Below, in pieces: positions 9,951 through 19,893 of a stretch of DNA of 64,000 nt. How positions within the stretch are numbered: the first letter of the stretch is position 1; every line of letters begins with the position of its first letter. This DNA comes from Nitrospinales bacterium (GTDB lineage: Bacteria > Nitrospinota > Nitrospinia > Nitrospinales > VA-1): the NCBI GenBank assembly GCA_965262115.1, contig OZ253496.1, forward strand, positions 1,604,447 through 1,668,446, read 5' to 3'. The notes under the pieces are model-generated. The model had not been told where the DNA came from. It worked only from the letters and a program-made list of their open reading frames with translations, and did no database searches. The position numbers and the translations under genes are program-made.

Positions 9951-11450
9951 ATGCCAATAAAGGATTTATTCAGCCATAAAATTCATTCTGGAGGAGATGA
10001 TTGGCCGGATAAACTGATAGAACTGGCATTTTTATTTAATGAGTTTGACGGTCAACCTTATGACCGAGATAAAATTGAATCCCGCCTAAAAGAAATTAGC
10101 CCTAGATATTCCTTTGTTGCCAGGGACGCGTCAAAATTTAGAGATGAATATAGTGCATATCCAGCATATTTTGGTTTATATCACCAAGTGCTAGAAAATG
10201 GTGTTTGGATAATAAGGTTGAGTGATACTGCTAAAAGGTATTTGATACAAGAAGAACCCGATGTAGGTGCTTTTTTAAGAATTCAAATGACCTTGTTCCA
10301 ATACCCAAATGGTATGGGAGCAACATATTATTCGGGAGGCGATGGAATTCGAGTCCAGGCAAATACATGTAGAAAAACTCTAGGATATATAAATGAGAAT
10401 ATCCATTTATCTCCCCTACGTTTAATAGTGATCGCCCTAAAGGCTGACTCGAAAATCAGAAAATGTTCCTTATTTGACGCGCAAATTTCCTATAAAGAAA
10501 TTTTTGCACTAGCCAATGATCCCAATGTGAATACTTTAACTTTGCCTTCTATTGGTGATGTGGAAAAGTCAATTAACAAGATTAGAGACGGAAGGATAGA
10601 GCCGCCTCAACGATTTGAAAGCAGATTTCATCTGTTAAAGCATTTGGAGATATTTGAAATTGGCAATCAACAAATTCGCCTTCGCAAACCGGCAAATGAA
10701 TTGGACGAGGCGGATATTAAGTCCAAATTTGAAACCATTAGCCAAATAACCCATAAGTTTAAGGGGTTTGATAGAGTGGGTAATAAGGAAAAATTAGTTG
10801 AAAAAATAAAGTCGGGAGAATGGTCAAAATACTTTGATGGGTTAAACACATTAAAGCTTGAACAGGTAATGATTTTAGAATCAGATGTCATCAAAAAAAC
10901 AGAAGAAATGTCCACGAGGGAAAAAATAATTGATATCCAAATTACCCCAACTAAATATCCACTGTCAAATAGAGGGGAAAGACCTTCTGCCCCAAAACCA
11001 ACTAATCGAAAAAACGAGTTTGCTGACCCTGAAGTCACTCGAATTAAGAGGGAGCGTAGAAATTTGGCGCATAAAATTCTTGTAGATAATATGCATGAAT
11101 TATTAAAACAGCGTGGTGCTAGACCGATGGAAAATGCGCATATTGATTTATATGGAAAAATACCAGATGACGGTTCTTTTTTGTTCGAGATGAAAAGTAC
11201 GGGCGAAAAGCTTATTGATCAAGTTATAAAAGGAATTGGGCAACTTTATGAATATAGATATAGGTATAAAGATAAATTGAATAAAGACGTGAAATTATGT
11301 TTAGTTTTAGAAAAAAGTCCCGATGACTTTCCTTGGTTAATTGATTATTTATGCGAGGATAGAAAAATCAATCTTTGTTGGTTTGACGAAAAAGGAAATT
11401 TATCTTATCCCGAAAATTGTAAAGAGGCTATGCAGGAATTACTGCGGTAA
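9951..11450 (+). CDS. Putative cognate restriction endonuclease (C-terminal PD-(D/E)xK-like domain)
   Basis: Abuts the MTase stop; HIDLY...FEMKS motif near the C terminus; same AT-rich composition. Confidence 0.65.
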   Translation: MPIKDLFSHKIHSGGDDWPDKLIELAFLFNEFDGQPYDRDKIESRLKEISPRYSFVARDASKFRDEYSAYPAYFGLYHQVLENGVWIIRLSDTAKRYLIQEEPDVGAFLRIQMTLFQYPNGMGATYYSGGDGIRVQANTCRKTLGYINENIHLSPLRLIVIALKADSKIRKCSLFDAQISYKEIFALANDPNVNTLTLPSIGDVEKSINKIRDGRIEPPQRFESRFHLLKHLEIFEIGNQQIRLRKPANELDEADIKSKFETISQITHKFKGFDRVGNKEKLVEKIKSGEWSKYFDGLNTLKLEQVMILESDVIKKTEEMSTREKIIDIQITPTKYPLSNRGERPSAPKPTNRKNEFADPEVTRIKRERRNLAHKILVDNMHELLKQRGARPMENAHIDLYGKIPDDGSFLFEMKSTGEKLIDQVIKGIGQLYEYRYRYKDKLNKDVKLCLVLEKSPDDFPWLIDYLCEDRKINLCWFDEKGNLSYPENCKEAMQELLR

Positions 11451-11591
11451 ACTCTCCAATTGCCCTTTGACGTAGCTTAGCAGACAAGCTACCCCCCCCC
11501 CTCAATCCCCCCTTGTCAGGAGAGGAATTATTCTTGCGATTTTGTGGCTCGGGAGCGAAGCGAGCGTCTGTCATTCGTTGCCGCCGGTGGC

Positions 11592-11843
11592 TCACCTGTA
11601 AGGCATTTTATTGCCTTGCAATTGTTTGACAATATCGGTCTCGAATTGGTTTTCTACTCGGACGAATTCTTCAAACTCCTTTGGACTTTTGAAGTCAAAC
11701 ACCTTGGGTTCTTTTTGTCCGCAAATTTCTTCATCCTGTTCAACGGTTAGCATATTATTTTCTACGGACTTTATCACGAACTTTTTCCGCGTTTTAAACT
11801 TGGTGAAAATTTCCTGATAAACGGGTTCCAGATTGAGTGCCAT
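11592..11843 (-). CDS. Small conserved hypothetical protein
   Basis: Protein-like 83-aa ORF with a plausible RBS (AGGAGA) upstream. Confidence 0.65.
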   Translation of the reverse strand: MALNLEPVYQEIFTKFKTRKKFVIKSVENNMLTVEQDEEICGQKEPKVFDFKSPKEFEEFVRVENQFETDIVKQLQGNKMPYR

Positions 11844-12044
11844 GAAACGTCTCCTGCTAAATATTTGTATCAATTCTTGAGTATTAGAATTTTAACTTTC
11901 TGGCAATCCAAAATCAAACAATTTAGGCTCGTTTCAAGTAAATCAATGTTTTCCCTTTGGAAATTTTATGTTAGGCTATGCTCGGTAACACGGTGGATGA
12001 TTCCTTAGCTACCGTTTTACCCGGTCTTATCCGCCCTTTCTGGG

Positions 12045-13517
12045 TTGTCCCACTATTATTTTTTTCTCATCATGACAAATCAAATATCCCTCAACCGTTT
12101 AGCAGAAACACTCATTCAAGAATCGAGCACTCCATTCAGCACGGAAGATTTTGCCAAGAGTCTGGAAGGGCGCTGGCAAAAGCAAGTTTCTGATTCCGCC
12201 ATGAAGCGGTTGAAGAAAGTTTTGCTCAACCATTCATCCTTGATCGGGATTCATGACAGAAACTTCATTCCCTTTCGCGCGGTGGTCGAAAAAATCGGTC
12301 ATGTTTCGTTGTCGGTGCAGTTAGGTGCCTGGGAGTTGAAGCAGGGCATCCTGATTCCCGGACATCGCTTGATTCCATTTTTGCCGCCGAACCTTGAAGA
12401 GAGTGAGTTGACGTTTCAGGATGCGGATGGGAATAAAATCCCAAAACTGAAAAGATCCTATTTTATTCAGAATGTTGTCCCTTTTTATCAGTACTGCTCG
12501 CGTTTTCCGGAAGAGATCAAGATCAATGAATGGATTCCCGGAAAAAGTTGTATGACGGTTACGGTCTGGGACATGCAATCCTTATATAAAAACTTCTCAT
12601 CCCGACCGGGGGATGCTCTGTTGATCGATCTGGTTGACTATGAAAAGGGGATCTATCGGGTTCGCCCCTATTCTTCGCGGCAATACCGGTTGGACCGGTT
12701 GCGCATGCGGGCGCTCTATATCGCTTTGGCGACCCAGATGGACCCACTTTGTCAGGATGAAAAATTTTGTTCGACCGGACTGGAAAAACAGTTATTGCGA
12801 ATTCTCTTTTCTATGGACGCGAAAGTGTTTCGCGAGGTGGATGTTTTTTCTGTGACGGAATTTTTGGAGTCCCTCAAGGAGTGGACGGTTGTTGGGCGTG
12901 AGGCTGGCGGGGTGCAAATGGTACCTGCATGGCAAACCGATCCCGGGCCTTTCATTCGTGCGAATGCCAACCGGGCCGTGAATGGCGAATTGGGGTCGCT
13001 GAACAAAATATTTAAGGATTTACAGTTGGCTTTTGATGCGTTGGAATTCAAGTCTATGCTTTATACGGTCATGGCTTCGGACAAGTACAAACTGGAGGCA
13101 GTCTTTTTTCTGCTGTTCGGGGGTCAGGGAGATTTGTTTACCGATAAGAAACAGCATGAGGCGTTTTACGGTTATCTGCGCGAACTGTTGTTCAAAATTT
13201 GCGAGGACCTTAAAACCCGCGAGTCGCATTTGATCGCGAATTTGCGGGAACAATGTGTGGATATCAAGTTCAGTCTGGTCGGGGTATTACGGTTTCTCGA
13301 AGACAGGGAAATTGGATTGGAAGATTTGCCTGCGGACTTATTGAACCAGATCATCGAGCTGGATCATTTTTGTACCGATACCCTGCATCGGTTTGCCGAG
13401 AGGGAATGTCCGCCAGACCTGAAATTTGTCCGTGATTTGCGGGTGGCTTTGAAAGTGGTGCTGCCGCAACTGTCAATAGTGGAAGAGGAAGTCTATTCCC
13501 GCCTGGCTATTTATTAG
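12045..13517 (+). CDS. Hypothetical protein (~490 aa)
   Basis: Long ORF with typical composition; no motif recognised with confidence. Confidence 0.75.
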   Translation: MSHYYFFLIMTNQISLNRLAETLIQESSTPFSTEDFAKSLEGRWQKQVSDSAMKRLKKVLLNHSSLIGIHDRNFIPFRAVVEKIGHVSLSVQLGAWELKQGILIPGHRLIPFLPPNLEESELTFQDADGNKIPKLKRSYFIQNVVPFYQYCSRFPEEIKINEWIPGKSCMTVTVWDMQSLYKNFSSRPGDALLIDLVDYEKGIYRVRPYSSRQYRLDRLRMRALYIALATQMDPLCQDEKFCSTGLEKQLLRILFSMDAKVFREVDVFSVTEFLESLKEWTVVGREAGGVQMVPAWQTDPGPFIRANANRAVNGELGSLNKIFKDLQLAFDALEFKSMLYTVMASDKYKLEAVFFLLFGGQGDLFTDKKQHEAFYGYLRELLFKICEDLKTRESHLIANLREQCVDIKFSLVGVLRFLEDREIGLEDLPADLLNQIIELDHFCTDTLHRFAERECPPDLKFVRDLRVALKVVLPQLSIVEEEVYSRLAIY

Positions 13518-13528
13518 AGCCCTTGGCG

Positions 13529-13611
13529 TACCCCTCTTCGGGGCATGAAGTACCCGTGCCGGGCATGAAGGTTAAGGGAGAGGACATCACAACTGATGAG
13601 GGGTCATAACA
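13529..13611 (-). repeat. Nested modules: 41-bp module (13551-13591) inside a 42-bp module
   Basis: Removing 13551-13591 rebuilds TACCCCTCTTCGGGGCATGAAGACTGATGAGGGGTCATAACA. Confidence 0.85.
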
Positions 13612-13706
13612 TGCTGCCAATGAGCTTGCACTTTATCTGGCTAGAACAACACGCTCGGTTTGACGGGTCCTTGCTATCTGCCCCCAGCGACACGCTGGCT
13701 CCACGC

Positions 13707-15029
13707 CTAGTGGGCTTTGCCGTTGAGAGTGTGGCCTGATACCTGTTCGACCTTTACGCTTACCGTATCTCCGGGCTTCATGCCCTCCCCCCCTTCGATA
13801 TTCACGTTCCAGTATTGTGGAGTTCTTCCCTTGAAAATATAGCCGGGTTTGGAGGACCGGCCCTCGATCAGCACTTCAACATTCTTTTCTATGTGAGGTT
13901 GGCCCTGTTCGGCGGTCAAACGATTTTGCAGGGCGATGGTTTCCTGCAGTCTTTGCTTTTTGGTTTCTTCGGGCACTGAGTCGGTCAATTCATTGGCCGG
14001 GGTTCCGGGTCTGGGGCTGTAGGCAAACATGAAGCTGCTGCTGTAGCCGATCTCCTGCATAATTTTCAGCGTGTCCTCAAAGGCTGACCCGGTTTCGCCG
14101 GGAAAGCCGACAATGATGTCGGTGGAGAGGGCGATGTCCGGCACTTCTGATTTCAGTTCCATCAGTAAATCGCGGTACTCCTCAATCATGTGGTCGCGGC
14201 GCATGGCTTTGAGCACTTCATTATTGCCGCTCTGAACGGGAAGATGCAGGTGGTTCATCAGGATGTCGATGTCCCGATAGGCTCGAATCGTCTCGCGGGT
14301 GAAATCGTTGGGATGGCTGGTGGTGAAGCGCAACCTTTCCACTCCGGGGATTTCGGCGACGCCGTATAAAAGTTCATGAAACGGTATGGGGTTATTGAGG
14401 CCCCGCTTGCCGTAAGAATTCACGTTTTGTCCGAGCAAAATGATTTCCCTGGCGCCGTGTTCCACCAGATGGCGGATTTCCCTATAGAGATCCTCTGGTT
14501 CGCGCGACTTTTCCCGGCCTCTTGTGAACGGAACCACGCAGAAGGTGCAAAATTTATCGCAACCTTTAATGATATTTACAAAAGTGCTGGGTCCAGGGGC
14601 TTTGGGCATGGGCAGTTCGGGAATGGTATAGGCTTTTTCCCGGTCAAACCCGGTCCAGACAAAAGATTTTCCAGTATCGCGCACCCGATCCACGGCCTGG
14701 GCAATGCCGTCTACCTGATCCGGCCCCATGACGAAATCCAGATAGGGCATGCGTTGCAACAGTTTTTCCCCATCCTGTTGGCCCAAACACCCGGTCAAGC
14801 CCAGAATCAGGTCCGGATTCGCCATTTTTAAAGGCTTTAGCCCACCAAACAAGGAAAATGTTTTTTGTTCCGCCTTTTCCCGGATCGAGCAGGTATTGAC
14901 CAGAATCAGATCCGCATCCTCTTTTTCCTGGGTGCGCCGGTAGCCGGAATGGAACAGGATGAGTTCCATCCTGTCGGTATCGGCGACATTCATCTGGCAG
15001 CCAAAAGTATCCAAATAGACTTGTTTCAT
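13707..15029 (-). CDS. miaB: tRNA-2-methylthio-N6-dimethylallyladenosine synthase
   Basis: TFGCQMN, NTCSIREKAE, radical-SAM GCDKFCTFC, C-terminal TRAM-like domain. Confidence 0.95.
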   Translation of the reverse strand: MKQVYLDTFGCQMNVADTDRMELILFHSGYRRTQEKEDADLILVNTCSIREKAEQKTFSLFGGLKPLKMANPDLILGLTGCLGQQDGEKLLQRMPYLDFVMGPDQVDGIAQAVDRVRDTGKSFVWTGFDREKAYTIPELPMPKAPGPSTFVNIIKGCDKFCTFCVVPFTRGREKSREPEDLYREIRHLVEHGAREIILLGQNVNSYGKRGLNNPIPFHELLYGVAEIPGVERLRFTTSHPNDFTRETIRAYRDIDILMNHLHLPVQSGNNEVLKAMRRDHMIEEYRDLLMELKSEVPDIALSTDIIVGFPGETGSAFEDTLKIMQEIGYSSSFMFAYSPRPGTPANELTDSVPEETKKQRLQETIALQNRLTAEQGQPHIEKNVEVLIEGRSSKPGYIFKGRTPQYWNVNIEGGEGMKPGDTVSVKVEQVSGHTLNGKAH

Positions 15030-15299
15030 AAGGGAGAATGTAAGGGAATCGCTCGGCCTTTGCAACTGCCATTTAGCTGAAGCCAGAAAAGGCGGCAAAA
15101 GACCCGTAAGGGCCGAAACAATAAGTTTATATAAATTAATAGTTAATCTATAAAATTCCCATAATTTTGTTGAAAAGTTGGTGTATTTGAAATAAGATTG
15201 CGGTATTCCATAAAAAAGCGGGGTCATGACCCAAAAGTATTTTAGATAGCCGTCAGACCGAATAGCACTGGAACTATTTTTTTCTTAGGGGGATTTACT

Positions 15300-15551
15300 G
15301 TGGCCAAAACCAATAGCGTCCGGGCAATTCGGGAAGCTAAGATGATGAGCAAGGCCGAGCTGGCTAGAAAGGCTAGCGTGACCGTTCAAACGATTGATCG
15401 TATTGAAAAGGGAAACGATTGTCGGCTCGATACCAAGCGAAAGGTCATCTTGGCTCTCGGGTATAAGCTCGCGGACCGGACAAGGATTTTTGATTCCGGA
15501 AATGACAACTCTGCTCCAGCACCGGGAAAAGGAAAGTCAAAAAAAATCTGA
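15300..15551 (+). CDS. Small XRE-family HTH regulator
   Basis: MSKAELARKASVTVQTIDRIEKG; upstream of pilM. Confidence 0.8.
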   Translation: MAKTNSVRAIREAKMMSKAELARKASVTVQTIDRIEKGNDCRLDTKRKVILALGYKLADRTRIFDSGNDNSAPAPGKGKSKKI

Positions 15552-15890
15552 ACTTTATTTAATGGGGTTTCTATTGTGAAGATCAGGGCGGGTTCACATG
15601 TTGAGAATGTGGGAGTTTAAATTGAGTTGTCTCTTAACGCTTATCGGAACCAGCGCGGAGGACTTGAGTGTCATGCTGAAAAAAAGTTTACACATGGGTT
15701 CGAGTGATTTTTTATGAAAAGTGATAAAAAATCACTCACTTATTGGTGAGGGGCCGTTGAGCAATAATTTTTAAACACCTCATTTTTAAAGAGGTTGTAG
15801 GTAAAAGGCGGGTTTGGTACAGGGTTTGCTGTTCAAAGAATTGATAAGCCCTTTAGTGGTGAATAGTAAAGAAATTTTTGTTGGGATTTT

Positions 15891-17039
15891 ATGTTCTTAT
15901 CGAAAAAAAGTCCATTAGTGGCCATCGACATCGGGTCTTCTTCCATCAAGCTGGTTCAGTTGACGGAGTTCAAGGAAGGGCAGTATGAACTGACCCATTT
16001 TGGAATGATGCCATTGGCTGAGGAATGCATTGTGGAGGGGGTGGTTAAAAACCCCGGGCTGGTAGCACAGACCCTGAAAAATTTAATCAAAGCCGAAAAA
16101 ATTCAAAGCCATTATGCCGTTTCTGCGGTTGCTGGAGAAGCGGTTTTTATAAAAAAAATAAAAGTTCCGGTAATGTCGGAAGAGGAGCTTTCTGCAAAAA
16201 TAACCCAGGAAGCGGAGCAATATATTCCCTTCGATATTGACGATGTGGCACTCGACTTCCAGATATTGGGCGCAATAACTGTTAATGAGGAATACGAAGG
16301 TTCGGAAGAATCTGGATTTAATGAAGAATCTCAGGGCAACGATGAACAAAAAGAGGACTCCAGTGAGGAGGTGGAGGGGGTGATGATGGAAGCCCTTCTG
16401 GTGGCGGTTCAACAAGATGTCATTGATGAGAGGACGGATATTCTTCTGGAGGCGGGTTTGAAACCGGCCATCATTGATCTGGATGTGTTTGCCTTGATGA
16501 ACGCGGCACGGCTGACCAATGATTTGTCCTCAATGGGCACTATCGCGCTGATTGATCTGGGGGATTCCTTCACCCATGTCAATATTATTCAGGATGGGGC
16601 AATGGGTTATACCCGGGATATTCCTGTTGGAGGAGGGTATTTAACCAGTATGCTCATGTCAAAATTCCGGGTTTCTTTTAAACAGGTTCTTGACATAAAG
16701 CGAGGCAAGTTTTCTTCGGAGGTTGAGGAAGAGGAGGTCATCAAAACCATTGTCCAAGCCTATAAGAAAGTTTTAGATGAGGTACAAAATTTTTTCAAAT
16801 ATTTTAGCACCCTGTCCAATCACCAGATTGAGAGAGTTTTGTTATGCGGAGGGGGAAGCATGATTCGAGGGTTGGATGGCTTTTTTGCCGACTATTTAAA
16901 GGTGCCCGTAGAGGTTATGGATCCCATGCGGAGGATCAAAATCAATCCCAAAGACTTTGACCAATCGTTAGTCGATGAAATGAGTGGGTTGTCCACGGTT
17001 GCCCTGGGTTTGGCCACAAGGAGGTTTGACTATACATGA
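15891..17039 (+). CDS. pilM: Type IV pilus assembly protein PilM
   Basis: AIDIGSSSIK actin-like motif, EAEQYIPF, LCGGGS, ALGLA; first gene of the operon. Confidence 0.93.
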   Translation: MFLSKKSPLVAIDIGSSSIKLVQLTEFKEGQYELTHFGMMPLAEECIVEGVVKNPGLVAQTLKNLIKAEKIQSHYAVSAVAGEAVFIKKIKVPVMSEEELSAKITQEAEQYIPFDIDDVALDFQILGAITVNEEYEGSEESGFNEESQGNDEQKEDSSEEVEGVMMEALLVAVQQDVIDERTDILLEAGLKPAIIDLDVFALMNAARLTNDLSSMGTIALIDLGDSFTHVNIIQDGAMGYTRDIPVGGGYLTSMLMSKFRVSFKQVLDIKRGKFSSEVEEEEVIKTIVQAYKKVLDEVQNFFKYFSTLSNHQIERVLLCGGGSMIRGLDGFFADYLKVPVEVMDPMRRIKINPKDFDQSLVDEMSGLSTVALGLATRRFDYT

Positions 17040-17692
17040 TTCGAATCAATCTCCATGATTATCGCTATGATCTGAGAAAGATTGAGATCCAAAAGCGGGT
17101 GGTCAAATGTGCCGCGATTATCATAACCGCGACTCTTTTAATCATCGTGAGTTGGTTGGTGGAGCAGGTTCGCCTGGATTCGATAAGAAGTGAGACAAGC
17201 AAAGTGAAATCTCAGGTCGCGGCTTTACAAAATCAGGTTAAAAAGGTCCGTGCCATGGAGGCCAGGCAAAATCGCATGGAGACTATTATTACGGGAATTG
17301 AAGGTTTGATAGAAAAACAAATGCCTGCGGGCACCATTGTCAGCGATTTGAATATGGCAATTCCTGAGGGCCTCTGGTTGGTCTCCATCATACAAAGAGA
17401 CACGAATGAACTTCGATCAAAGAAGGTTCCCGTCATCCTTTTTGATGACCCGGCAAAGAAGAAGAGAAGGAAAAGAGGGAAGAAAAAAGTAAAACTCCCA
17501 AAAGAGTTTGTGGAGGTTGTGGGCTATGCCTTAACTGAAAAGGAAGTGGCGCAATACATGCAAAGCCTGCAGAAAATTTCTTATTATGAAACAACGTTCC
17601 TGCATAAATCAATGCAGTCAATTATTGGGGGTCAGGCGGTTTATAAATTTACTATTTATTGCCATATGCCGGAAAAGGAGAAAGCGGCTTAA
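17036..17692 (+). CDS. pilN: Type IV pilus assembly protein PilN
   Basis: MIRINL start, one TM helix, coiled coil, IPEGLWL. Confidence 0.88.
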   Translation: MIRINLHDYRYDLRKIEIQKRVVKCAAIIITATLLIIVSWLVEQVRLDSIRSETSKVKSQVAALQNQVKKVRAMEARQNRMETIITGIEGLIEKQMPAGTIVSDLNMAIPEGLWLVSIIQRDTNELRSKKVPVILFDDPAKKKRRKRGKKKVKLPKEFVEVVGYALTEKEVAQYMQSLQKISYYETTFLHKSMQSIIGGQAVYKFTIYCHMPEKEKAA

Positions 17693-17704
17693 TTTATAAC
17701 GATT

Positions 17705-18389
17705 ATGGAAAAACTTTTCGACAAATTACCCTACGATGATCTTGAGGGGATCAAGGTGACCCATTTGCTGGCAGGAGCAATAGGTGTTGGTTTGGTGTTG
17801 TTCCTTGCCTATTATTTCACTTTGTACAGTGCCACCCATAAAGAATTTAAACAGCTGACCAGGCAGAAAGCAGGAGCGGAGAGAACCCTTAAGGAATACA
17901 AGACTGTTGTGGCAAAGAAAGGCCTGGTGGCAAAAAATATGGTCCGCGTTAAGGGCAAGTTCGATGCGTTTAAAAATCAAATGCCCAGCCAGGATGAGAT
18001 CCCCAATTTGATGCAAAGATTAATGGCGTTTGGCAAGCATAGGAATATCAAAATGACTGCGTTCACTATGGAGGAAGGTGAAGTTGAGGATTTTTATAAA
18101 GAGATTCCCTTTAAAATTCAGCTTACTGGGGGACTATGGGTCACGCTCGATTTCATTGAATATGTGCAGAATCTTTTGCGTCTTGTTAGTTTTGAAAACC
18201 TGACATTGCAGGGCCAGAAGCCTTCCGCTTCTAACGTGGGGGATGGGGGGGGCTTTCGTGGGCTCATTGAAAACTACTTTAACGGCAAAAACCTACTCGT
18301 TTCTGGAAGGCGCTGAAACTCGCGGAATGAAAAAAAAGGCACCGCCTAACTCTAAGTCGGCAAAGAAGAAAAAGAAAAGTGGTCATTAA
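17705..18389 (+). pseudogene. pilO: PilO, frameshifted at a G8 run (about 18245-18252)
   Basis: TM plus coiled coil, MPSQDEIPNL, FYKEIPF; removing one G continues as AFVGSLKTTLTAKTYSFL to TAA at 18387-18389. Confidence 0.8.
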
Positions 18390-18401
18390 GCTTTTGAGGG
18401 G

Positions 18402-19875
18402 ATGATGTCGAAGATGAGAATCAGGTCTTATATGAAAACTTTGTTTTTCCTGTGGGTAGCCCTGATAGGGGTCCAGCCTCTTTTGGCTTCTGCGACGACT
18501 CCTTCTGTTCAGGAAGACCTGCGTTCCCGGAACGACAAACTTAATATTCTATTCAGACTCAGTGGGCTTGATGATGTTTTTGGGAACATCGAATCTGTTG
18601 TGGAAATGTCAGGGAATATTGATGAGGATGCTTTGGCGCCGGGTCATGATGAATTTGCCAGGAGAATCATGCGCCAGGCCTATTCGCCTGGAAAGTTTTA
18701 CCGTGCTCTGAGGCGACCCTTTATTGAAGACTATAAACCTCAACATATTCGTTCGGCGGTTCAATGGCACCGAAGCGCATTGGGGAAAAAAATCCGGAGA
18801 CTTGAAAATGAAGCGAGTCATCCCGACAATAAGCTGGCGATGAAATTGCTCACGAAAAAGTTATCGAAGCCCCCCCCCCAGTGAAGAGCGAATAAGCCTG
18901 GTGGAGAGGATTGAGAGCTCGACCTACAGGACGGAGGCTGGGAAAACACTTTTTCTGGGATACGTCACATTGATGCATCCCTTTAATAAAAAAATTGATG
19001 CGAGAAGGCTCCGCAAAATGTTGAGAGCTTTAGGGGAAAATATTACCGAGCCCATGCGGGAAGTTGTTTTGCGCAGCCTGCTCTTCAGTTACCGGGGTAT
19101 TAAGAATAAAGACCTTGAAAAATACGCCAAATTTTTAGGCTCCCAAGCTGGTCAATGGTTCAGCCAGACAACGTTGAAGGGTTTTAAGAATGGAATTAAA
19201 AAAACAGCCTATCAGGCAGACCTCATTCAGGTTGAGTTGTTAAAGGAAATCGATTCTGGCGGACCCGGCTATCCTTTGTTAAGGGACTTGGCCCCGCCGG
19301 GACAAAGGCACCTGCTGATTGTAAGGCGCGACCCTTTCCAACCTCTGGTCAACAAGGGCGGACTGGTTGATTTCTCCGAATTTGAGCGAAAGTCCATGGC
19401 TCGCTTGTTCGGGGGTGAGCTTGGAGATATTCCGCCGCTTGCCTTGTTGGTATTTGAGAAAATTGAAGACCAGTATCCGGAACTCTATAAGAAATTGAAG
19501 CATTTTGGGCACTTGTTCAATAACCGGGAAGAATTGGAAGAGCTCGGAGATGAGGAATATACCGATTCCGTAGAAAGCTATCGCAATGTTCTGGAGAGGT
19601 CTGCTGATATCCAAATGGAGTTGTCGCCCCTGCAAGTTGAATATGACTCCCTTCGAATGACAGGAGTTATCCTGAAAAAATTGGAAGCGGTGGCTATGTT
19701 TGAGATTGACACAACCGGATATGCGGTGAGAAAAGGAGACCTGGTTGGTCCTTCTTTCGGATATGTGGAAGAAGTGCTGGATGGCCAGGTAATTGTGGTC
19801 GAAGAGTTCAGGGATTATCTCGGTAATATCCTGACAAACCAGAAAATTATCCAATTTAATCAGGGCCCATCTTAA
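18402..19875 (+). pseudogene. Large protein with C-terminal PilP-like domain, split at a C10 run (18870-18879)
   Basis: ORFs 18402-18884 and 18901-19875 join when the run is shortened; C-terminal LRMTGVI...GYAVRKGDLVG is PilP-like; lies between pilO and pilQ. Confidence 0.65.
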
Positions 19876-19893
19876 CGATGGTAATTAGAACTT

